In this document: positions 54,963-64,000 of the stretch, in pieces
Layout of the letters: the number at the start of each line of letters is the position of its first letter
Numbering within the stretch: position 1 is the stretch's first letter
NCBI GenBank assembly: GCA_963774265.1
Contig: CAVZDU010000003.1
Location: forward strand, 544,001-608,000
DNA from: an uncultured Chloroflexia bacterium
GTDB lineage: Bacteria; Chloroflexota; Anaerolineae; CG2-30-64-16
Length of the DNA: 64,000 nucleotides
Direction: 5' to 3'
The notes under the pieces: model-generated
What the model was told of the DNA's origin: nothing
What the model saw: only the letters and a program-made list of their open reading frames with translations
Databases searched by the model: none
Program-made: the position numbers and the translations under genes

Positions 54963-56027
54963 TCACGGTGTGATTTGCACCTTGATCGGGTCGCCCTTGC
55001 GCGCGCGTAGATCGATGATGGCCTGCGCAGCCTCGCTGAGCGGCCTGGTGTGCGACACCAGCGGCTCCAGGTTCAGCAGCCCTTCTGAGATCATCCGGAT
55101 GGTCTGCGGCCAGACTCCCGGCGCCAGCCATGAGGCGCGGATCTGCTTGTCGGCTTTGTGGAAGGCATCGGCCGGGATATGGATGACATCGTCCTCATTG
55201 GGCAGGCCAAAGTGAACGATGATTGCCGCGCCGCCGGTGACGTCGATGGACTGCTCGAAGGCTGAATTGTCACCAGTTGGATTGATCGCGCGGTCGGCCA
55301 GCTTGCCATCCGTCGCATCCGCGATGGCCGCCTTGAGGTCGCTGGCGTAGTACGGCGACTTTGCATCCTTGACGTTGAAGATGTGGCTAGCGCCCCACTT
55401 GCGGGCCTCTTCGAGCCGGTAGTCGCGGGTGCCGACCATGATCACCTTGCCGGCTCCGGTCTTCTTCGCGATTTGCACCATCATGATGCCGATCGGCCCA
55501 GGGCCGAAGATGGCGACAGAATTCCCCGGTACGATTTCAAGCTTGTTCATCGCGTAGACCGCGCACGCCAGGGGCTCGATGAACGCGCCCGCCGCATAGC
55601 TGACGTTGTCGTCGAGCTTGAAGAGGCCCGTGTAGCGCGAGACCGTATACTCGGCGAATGCGCCGTCGGCGTTAACTCCCGGCACGTTCACGTTCTCGCA
55701 GAGGTTCGTGTGGCCTGATGCGCAAGCGTAGCAGGCGTTGCAGTGCTGCACCGGGTTGACGACGACCCGGTCGCCGGGCTTGAACAGGCCCATGCCCTTC
55801 GCGATCGCTCCCACCTCGACGACTTCGCCGGTGAATTCGTGGCCCAGGATAATCGGCATCTTGCCGGTCGGGCTGAGGCCGTAGAAGTAGGAGATGTCCG
55901 AGCCGCAGATGCCGCAGTTCTTGACCCGCACGAGCACGTCTGCTTCGCCGACCCGGGGGATTGGGACTTCAGCCATTTCAATCGTTTCGGTCTTGGTGAA
56001 GATGGCCGCCTTCATCAGTTGTGCCAT
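54963..56027 (-). CDS. Zn-dependent polyol/sugar dehydrogenase (MDR)
   Basis: CGICGSD, GHEFTG, CxxCxxC..C structural Zn site, EPLAC, GPGPIG. Confidence 0.93.
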   Translation of the reverse strand: MAQLMKAAIFTKTETIEMAEVPIPRVGEADVLVRVKNCGICGSDISYFYGLSPTGKMPIILGHEFTGEVVEVGAIAKGMGLFKPGDRVVVNPVQHCNACYACASGHTNLCENVNVPGVNADGAFAEYTVSRYTGLFKLDDNVSYAAGAFIEPLACAVYAMNKLEIVPGNSVAIFGPGPIGIMMVQIAKKTGAGKVIMVGTRDYRLEEARKWGASHIFNVKDAKSPYYASDLKAAIADATDGKLADRAINPTGDNSAFEQSIDVTGGAAIIVHFGLPNEDDVIHIPADAFHKADKQIRASWLAPGVWPQTIRMISEGLLNLEPLVSHTRPLSEAAQAIIDLRARKGDPIKVQITP

Positions 56028-56056
56028 GGTAAAGTCTCCTTGGATGGGCAGTTGGC

Positions 56057-56953
56057 TCAGCCGTGTGCGGCCGATAGCTCGTCCATGAATTTCTTCGCCG
56101 GCCCCGTGGCTTCGAGCGCGCCAGGCCAGTAGCACAAGTCCATCGGCCACCACTCATCCTTGTACCCGGCATCGTCGAGTGCCCGGATGATCGACGGAAA
56201 GTCGAGGACGCCCTGACCGAATGGTGCGTGGGTCGAAGTTCGGTCATCATGCAGCGTCTGATCGCTGTCGATGAAGTGCACGTGCTTGATCCAACCTGTC
56301 AGCATGTGCGCGAACTGGACCACGCCGCCGGGGAGCGTTTCCTTCTCGCCCTTCTGCCGCGCGCCGACTACGCCCACCATGTGCGCATGGCAGGAGTCGA
56401 AGAGCACGCCGAAGTTCGGATGGCCCACCGCGTTGCACATGCGCACGATCTCGCTGGGCTTGTTGACGAAGAACTCCGGCTCAAATTCCCAGATGAACTT
56501 GACGCCGTGCTTGCCTGCTACGTCCGAGGCGATGCGGAACAGGTGCGCACTGCGCCAGAAAGCCGTTTCGTATTCCTGGACTGGCATTTTGTCGACGTCG
56601 ATGATTAAATCGGTGCGGATCTTGTTCGTGCCAAGGAGCTGGCAGATTTCCACGTGCCTCAGGACAATGTCGATGTAGTCCGGCAAGCTTGCATAGGGCG
56701 GCGGCACCGCGCCGAAATCTGCGGCGATGGCCGAGACGCCTAGCCCGTGGTCGTCCAGGAGCTTCTTCACCTCGCGGACCTTGTTGGGGTTCCTGGCATC
56801 ATCGAGTGAGAGATGCGGCCCAAAGATGCCCAGCTCGACGCCGTCGAACTTGTATTCCTGCAGCTTCTTGGCTACGACTGGCAAGTCGATCGGCTTGTCC
56901 GCATAACCGCCCCAGATATACGCCCAGGTACCCACAGAAATCTTCTTAGCCAT
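56057..56953 (-). CDS. TIM-barrel sugar phosphate isomerase/epimerase
   Basis: FDGVEL, WEFEP, FDSCH, HVHFIDSD, HAPFGQG. Confidence 0.85.
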   Translation of the reverse strand: MAKKISVGTWAYIWGGYADKPIDLPVVAKKLQEYKFDGVELGIFGPHLSLDDARNPNKVREVKKLLDDHGLGVSAIAADFGAVPPPYASLPDYIDIVLRHVEICQLLGTNKIRTDLIIDVDKMPVQEYETAFWRSAHLFRIASDVAGKHGVKFIWEFEPEFFVNKPSEIVRMCNAVGHPNFGVLFDSCHAHMVGVVGARQKGEKETLPGGVVQFAHMLTGWIKHVHFIDSDQTLHDDRTSTHAPFGQGVLDFPSIIRALDDAGYKDEWWPMDLCYWPGALEATGPAKKFMDELSAAHG

Positions 56954-56979
56954 GAAAACCTCCTCGTTCGGATGGTGTA

Positions 56980-58179
56980 TTACCCGTGATAGGGCTGGAT
57001 ATAGGGTATGTCCAGATTGATGTCCGGGCCGAAGAACTTGAAGATGATCAGGTCCTCTGAGCCGGTGTTCTCAACCGTGATCGACTTGAGCGCTGCGTCA
57101 TGGCTGATGAGCAATTCATCGTGGCCGAAGTTCAGCCCTTCGACGTCATGGCCGGCGTAGCGCCCCTTGCCGCGCCACACCAGGACATTGTACACGCCCT
57201 TGTCGACACCCCTGAAGGTCTGGCCCGGCCGCACCACGAGACGCTTACCGCTGAACTTCGTGGTGTTGTAGTAGATCCACGTCTCCTGGCCCCCCGCCTG
57301 TTGCGTCTCTTCGACTGGCACGGGGGGCGTATGGCGATTCTCATAAAAGAACGGATCGCCGCTGATCTCCCAGTCGACCTGTTCCAGGATGGCCGACTCG
57401 CCCTTGGTCGCCCGATCCTCTGCGGTTACATCCTTGAAGAGCAGGTCCTTAGAGATGATCTTGCCCGCATTGAGAGCTTGCAGCATGGCAAAGACGTCGG
57501 AGTCTTCTTGCAGCTCGATCGTGAGCGCGGTGCCCGGCGCATGGGGGACACCTGAAGGCAAATGGAACCCCTCGCCGCGCACATTGAGGTACGCGCGCGA
57601 GTGCTGCAGGATCAGGTCATCCTTCCAGTCTCGGAGGTATTGCAGCAGGATTTCCTGCTTGCCCTCCCGCACGATGTACGGATGCACCCCAAAGAACGTC
57701 TCAGGGTGAGGTCCCAGGTCAACGTCTTCCGGGAAGTAGTACGCTTCCTCTTTGGGATTACGGCCTAGTTTGGCCGCATCCTTCTTCATCTGGTGGATGT
57801 GGAAGGGGATGCGCGCGCCGAAGTCGTAAATCTTGGCCAGCCGGCCCAGCCCCTTGTGCGTCTTCGCGTACTCGGCGCCCATAATCAGATCGCCCGCGGC
57901 TTCGACCGCGTCTGCCAACGTGAGATCGTGTCCGTCGATCACCAGATGACTCAAGCCTTCGTCGGGCGGACCGACGCGATTGTCCGCCTTGGTGGTCGAT
58001 CCGATCCAGCGCTCGCTGATCCAACCGCGTTCGCCGACCTCATACTCCTCATCCTTCAGGCCAAGACGCTTGCCCGGCGGCAGAAAGTCCCGCGCCACCC
58101 ACGCCGGCGTCATTCGCAAGATGCCACCGCCCTTTTCCAGGGCTTCCTTCACAATTGCACGCTTGTTGGTTTCAGTCAT
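56980..58179 (-). CDS. PMI-like cupin protein of unknown substrate
   Basis: PFHIHQ..KEEAYY..VPHAPG..ELQEDSD parallels the PMI metal ligands; start ATG 58179. Confidence 0.75.
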   Translation of the reverse strand: MTETNKRAIVKEALEKGGGILRMTPAWVARDFLPPGKRLGLKDEEYEVGERGWISERWIGSTTKADNRVGPPDEGLSHLVIDGHDLTLADAVEAAGDLIMGAEYAKTHKGLGRLAKIYDFGARIPFHIHQMKKDAAKLGRNPKEEAYYFPEDVDLGPHPETFFGVHPYIVREGKQEILLQYLRDWKDDLILQHSRAYLNVRGEGFHLPSGVPHAPGTALTIELQEDSDVFAMLQALNAGKIISKDLLFKDVTAEDRATKGESAILEQVDWEISGDPFFYENRHTPPVPVEETQQAGGQETWIYYNTTKFSGKRLVVRPGQTFRGVDKGVYNVLVWRGKGRYAGHDVEGLNFGHDELLISHDAALKSITVENTGSEDLIIFKFFGPDINLDIPYIQPYHG

Positions 58180-58202
58180 ACCTCTTGTCCTTTGTGATGA
58201 GT

Positions 58203-59615
58203 TTATCGTGCAAGCTCTCCGAACCGAGCCGCGATCGCCAACGCCGGGTCTACTGGCACGTTGGCATGTGCGGTGCCCTTGGGCGTGCTGATGGTCGGTG
58301 TGGACCGCGGCTTCTTGCCCGCGAACTGCGGCAGCCATTCGGCCTCGGCCTCGAGCATCTCCGTCGCCATCTCACGCGTTTCTTTCAGGGTCAGCGTCGC
58401 GCTCGTCAGCGGATCCATCGCACAGGCCAACACGGCTTTCTCGGGGTCGCCGGTGATGCCTGCTTCCACGGCCAGCCGCTGCACGTTGATGTTGGTCATG
58501 TTGAGCGCGGCGCACTGCGTGGGCAGGTCGCCGACGATGGTCTGGTGGATGCCCGTGCGATCCACGTACAGCGGCCCTTCGGCGCAGCAGTCCGCCGGCA
58601 GGTTGGTGATCATGCCGCGATTGATCACGTTACCGTTCAGCTTGAAAGTCTTGCCGGTTTCCAGCGCCTCGATAATGTACGAGCCGTATTCGACGCTGCG
58701 CCGGGGCAGCTGAGTGGACTGCCCGGCAAGGATGTCCTGCCCTTCATACTTGGCGGCCACGTACTTGCACCAGTTGTAGTATGCGCCCGTCTCGCCGCCG
58801 AATCCCGGTTCGTCGCAATAGAGGTCGAGGGCCTTCCGGTTCTTTCGGAACCAGGGTACGTACTCCGACAGATGGCCGGTCGATTCCGTCATGAAATAGC
58901 CAAAGTGGCGGAAGACTTCACCACGGACCTTCTCGTTGATGTAGTACTCCGGCTCTTCGAAGCGCTCGCGCAGCCTGGGATACAGGTCGACGCCCTTGTG
59001 CGACAGTTTGAGGAACCACCCCATGTGATTGAGGCCCGCGCACAGGAAATCGATCTCTTCCTTGGGTGCGTCGACGTAGCCGGAGATCAGGTCCAGCGTG
59101 GTTTGGACGCCGTGGCAGAGGCCGACGAACTTCACGCCCGTCGTCCCCAGGGTCCAGCAGATCGTGGCCATCGGGTTGACATAGTTGAGCACGTACGCGT
59201 CCGGCGCCACCTCCTTGATGTCCTGCGCCATGCCGAGGACGGTCGGGATACTGCGCAGCGTACGGAAGATGCCGCCCGGACCCAGCGTATCGCCGATGCA
59301 CTGATCGACCCCGTACTTGAAGGGGATCTTGTAGTCGTACTCGAAGCCCTGCATCCCGCCGACCTGGAAGGTGGCGATCACGTAGTCCGCGCCATCCAGC
59401 GCGGCACGCCGGTCCGTGGTCTTCCAGACCTTGGCGGGCAGCTTGTTGTCCGCGATCACACGCTGCGCGAACGCCTCAACCTGCGACGTGCGGTTGGTCG
59501 AGGGCGCCATGAGCGCGAACTCCGTTCCGTCGACGCCCGGCGTACCCAGGATGTCCAGGATCAGCGTCTGGCAGAATACGATGCTCCCGGCGCCGATGAT
59601 TGCGACCTTTGCCAT
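58203..59615 (-). CDS. GH4 NAD+/Mn-dependent alpha-glycosidase (alpha-galactosidase-like)
   Basis: IIGAGS, DTLGPGG, NYVNPM, GLCHG, GLNH, TESTGHLSEY. Confidence 0.93.
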   Translation of the reverse strand: MAKVAIIGAGSIVFCQTLILDILGTPGVDGTEFALMAPSTNRTSQVEAFAQRVIADNKLPAKVWKTTDRRAALDGADYVIATFQVGGMQGFEYDYKIPFKYGVDQCIGDTLGPGGIFRTLRSIPTVLGMAQDIKEVAPDAYVLNYVNPMATICWTLGTTGVKFVGLCHGVQTTLDLISGYVDAPKEEIDFLCAGLNHMGWFLKLSHKGVDLYPRLRERFEEPEYYINEKVRGEVFRHFGYFMTESTGHLSEYVPWFRKNRKALDLYCDEPGFGGETGAYYNWCKYVAAKYEGQDILAGQSTQLPRRSVEYGSYIIEALETGKTFKLNGNVINRGMITNLPADCCAEGPLYVDRTGIHQTIVGDLPTQCAALNMTNINVQRLAVEAGITGDPEKAVLACAMDPLTSATLTLKETREMATEMLEAEAEWLPQFAGKKPRSTPTISTPKGTAHANVPVDPALAIAARFGELAR

Positions 59616-59688
59616 ATGTGCCTCCGCTTGAAAGTATCGCTCGAAGGGCTCCAAGGCTGTCAAACGCCCTTAGGGTCCTCATCCTGAC

Positions 59689-60769
59689 TCATGCGTTGAA
59701 CCGCTCCCCAGAGACACGATTGAAGAAGTGTAGCCGCTCGCGCACGATGCCGAACTCCACCGTGTCTCCGCGTCGCCAGCGCCGAGATGCCCGGCACGGT
59801 GCTGACCATCGTCTGCTCGCCGATTTTGATGTGCAACAACGTCTCCACGCCCAGCGGCTCGGTCAGGACGATCTCGCCCGCGAATAAGCCCTCTGGGTCC
59901 GGACGCACATCCTCGGGCCGGATGCCCAGGATGAACTCGTTCCGGCAGGTTCTTCGGATCGTTGCAGACCTCGCAGGACGGGCAGGTGGACGTCGCTGCC
60001 CTGAAGGTTCATCGTGCCGTTCTCTGTGGCCGCGTTGAGAAGGTTGATCTTCGGCGAGCCGACGAGCTGGGCGACGAAGGTGGTCGCAGGGCGATCGTAG
60101 ATGTCTTCCGGGGTGCCCACCTGAACGAGGCTGCCGTGGTTGAGCACACCGATGCGGTCCGCCATGGTCAGCGCCTCGATCTGGTCGTGGGTGACGAACA
60201 GGGTGGTGCTGCCCTGGGTGCGCTGCAGGTGCGATAGCTCGACACGCAGCGCCTCGCGCAGCTTGGCGTCCAGGTTCGACAGCGGCTCGTCCATCAGATA
60301 GGCCCGCGGCTGGCGAACGATGGCACGGCCGATCGAGACGCGCTGCATCTCGCCGCCGGAGAGCTTCGCCGTCTTGCGCTGCAGCAGATGGCCGATCCGC
60401 AGCACCTCGGCGGTCTCCGTCACTCGAGCTTCTTGATCTCGGGCTCCCGTAACTTGCGGAGGGGCGAGCGCAGCGGAAAGGCCAGGTTGTCATAAACGGT
60501 CATTGTCGGGATACAGCGAGTACTGCTGGAACACAAACGCAACGTCCCGGTCGGCCGGCGGCAGCGAATCGATGGGTTGCCCGTCGAAACGTCACGTTCC
60601 CGATGTCCTGCTTTGTCAGGCCGGCGATCACGCGCAGCGTGGTGGTCTTGCCCTGCCCCGGTGGGGCCGAGCAGCACAAAGAACTCCGCGTCCCTGACCT
60701 CGAAGGAAACGTCGTTGAGGGCGGTGATAGCCCCGAAGCGCTTGGTGATGTTCTGCAGCGTGATCTGGC

Positions 60770-60773
<4 letters not shown>
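59689..60773 (-). CDS. Sugar ABC ATPase (CUT1) 2; several indels
   Basis: LGPTGAG, LSGGEMQR, MDEPLSNLDAKLR, VTHDQ. Confidence 0.88.
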
Positions 60774-61895
<1,122 letters not shown>

Positions 61896-61905
61896 ATCGA
61901 TCCCC

Positions 61906-62928
61906 CTACCCGCGAATCGCGCCGAAGGTGACGCCGCGCAGGAGGTACTTGCGCAGCGCAAACGTGACGATGACGACCGGGATCAGGAAGAGCAGCGAGC
62001 CGGCGGCGATCGCGCCCCACTCGACGCCCCCAACGCCCTGGATGGTCGCGATGCCGGGCGGCGCGGTGCGGGCCCTGGAACTGGTGAGCATGAGCGAGAA
62101 CGCGTACTCGTTCCAGGCGAAGATCAGGCAGAAGACGGCCGTCGCCGCGATGCCGGTCACACACTGGGGCAGCACGATCTTGCGGAACGCCTGCAGGCGG
62201 CTGTAGCCGTCCACCAGCGCTGCCTCCTCGTACTCGATCGGGATCTCGTCGATGAACCCCTTGAGCAGCCAGACCGAGAAGGAGAGGTTGAAGGCGGTAT
62301 AGAGTAGGATCATGCCGATGTGGGTGTCGTACAATCCCAGGGCGCGGTACATCAGGAAAATGGGGATGGTGACCACGACGGCCGGCAGCATGCGCGTGCT
62401 CAGGATGAAGAAGAGCCAGTCTCCCTTGCCTGGTATGTCGTAGCGGCTGAAGGCGTAGGCGGAGAGCAGGCCCAGCGCGACTGCCAGGAACGTCGACGCC
62501 AGCGAGATGATCAAGGAGTTCTGGAGTCTGCCCCACGAACTTGCTCGGCCCCAGGATCTTCATGCCGCGAAGCAGCGCCTGCTTCTCCCAAAAGCTCAGG
62601 TCGGTCCGCTTCTGTTGCGTCGCCAGGGCGCCCGGCTGGATCAACTGCGTGCGATTCGTGAAGAGGCCGATGAATCCATCCCACGACGGCTTGAAAAAGA
62701 CCTTCGGCGGCACCGCCGTCGCGTCGGGGCGCGACTTGATGGCTGTCATGCCCATCCAGAACACGGGAATCAGCATGATGAAGGCGACCAGGATAGCCAG
62801 GATCAGCCGCACGGTGATTCCAGCCCTGGCCGCGGGCGTGACCTGGTCCACGCGAATGGATTCGACAACCGGTGAGCCGGGCCCGGTTTCGGCGAAGGTG
62901 CGCCTTGGCACTCGCATTGCTGCGTCAT
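61906..62928 (-). CDS. Sugar ABC permease (MalG-like); indels
   Basis: [11 protein letters not shown] loop, FAWNEY. Confidence 0.88.
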
Positions 62929-62930
62929 GG

Positions 62931-63859
62931 CTATGCCTCCTTCATCCTGTTCAGATACCAGATGTACACGTTACTGACGCCGATGATGACGATCAGCATG
63001 ATGTAGGCGAGGGCGCTGGCCTCTCCGGTGCGGGCCTGTCCCTGGAACACCATCCGGTAGAGGGTGATCGAGACGGTCTCCGTGGTGTTGCCCGGACCGC
63101 CGCCCGTGAGGCCCATCACCAGGTCGAACGCCTTGAGCGCCTCGATGGTGCGGAAGAGCACGGCGAGCAGTCAGCAGCGGCGCGACCGATGGCAGGGTGA
63201 TCCGCCAGAACTGGCGCCAGGAGCTGGCCCGGTCGACCGCCGCCGCCTCATAAATGTAGTCCGGGATCGCCTTCAGACCGGAGAGGCAGAGCAGCATCAC
63301 GAACGGGCTCCACATCCAGACATCCACGATGACCACCGAGATGAGCGCATAGTCTTTTAGCAAGATCGGGGCCGTGGCGGGGTTCCAGAAACCGATCAGG
63401 TAATTGAAGATGCCGTACAGCGGGTTGAAGATCAGCTTCCAGAACTGTCCGACCACCACGGGCGAGAGCATCATTGGGATCAGGATCAGCGTGGTCAGCA
63501 GACCGCTGGCTTTGAACTTGGCTCGCAGCAACAGCGCCAGGCCGAAGCCGATCAGCGCCTGAAACAACACCGACAACAGCGCATAGTTCCCGGTGACCGC
63601 GAAGCTCGTCCCAGACCTTTGGGTCGCTCAGCAGGGCGTCATAAGTTGCCTGTCCCGATCCAGAGGGGTGGCAGCTTGCCGCTGTGCGAGTATTTGGTGA
63701 AGCTGAGGAACAGGCTGTAGAACAGCGGAAAGATGTTCCACAGGATCAGCAGAACCAGGGTGGGCAGGATGAATAGCCTCTGGATCGTGCTGTCGCTGAC
63801 TTGCCGTCGCGGACGGGCTTGCGGCGGCTGGCCCTGGGCGAATGCGGTGGAGTGACCAT
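62931..63859 (-). CDS. Sugar ABC permease (MalF-like); indels
   Basis: [22 protein letters not shown]. Confidence 0.88.
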
Positions 63860-63911
63860 ACGATTTCCTCGTTTCCGATAAAACAGGACGACGTGGCGAT
63901 CGTCGCTCGGA

Positions 63912-63987
63912 ATCCGGGGCGGTGGCGCCGCCACCGCCCCGGATGTTCAGGCCGCGCTTCTGGCGGGTTACTGACCCGCCAGAAGCG
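63912..63987. repeat. Two adjacent perfect stem-loops upstream of the permease
   Basis: 15-bp stem at 63912-63944 and 14-bp stem at 63955-63987. Confidence 0.8.
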
Positions 63988-64000
63988 AACGACGTGTAAG

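Overview
64 kb of a high-GC bacterial chromosome. Gene content (Tat/Pro-Thr lipoproteins, DUF3105, DUF4332, many MttB paralogues) is most consistent with Chloroflexota (Anaerolineae/Caldilineae-like); this is inference, not a search result. From left to right the window holds: a pepA 3' end; a complete IS1182-family element; an ECF sigma/putative anti-sigma/OsmC module; degV; a folC-lon-hypothetical-AlbA_2 operon; a Tat molybdo-oxidoreductase; a DtxR-regulated two-domain multicopper oxidase plus ZIP transporter operon; and a ~22 kb divergent methyltransferase island. The island has four non-pyrrolysine MttB-family methyltransferases, a peptide-type ABC importer, a CBS/ACT protein, a CitE-like lyase, an atypical Cys/Met-metabolism PLP enzyme, a racemase-fold protein, an aminotransferase and an internally deleted methyl-THF:corrinoid methyltransferase. 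It is interrupted by an unusual IS1380-like element with a ~135 aa coiled-coil insert. Further right are an MFS transporter, a two-component system, patatin, a HAD hydrolase, cell-envelope genes and a >15 kb sugar/polyol catabolic operon (ABC importer, GH4, cupin, four TIM-barrel isomerases/epimerases, three dehydrogenases). Many conserved genes carry clustered 1-bp indels that look like long-read/consensus errors, so their coordinates are reconstructed by eye. No rRNA, tRNA or CRISPR array was seen.
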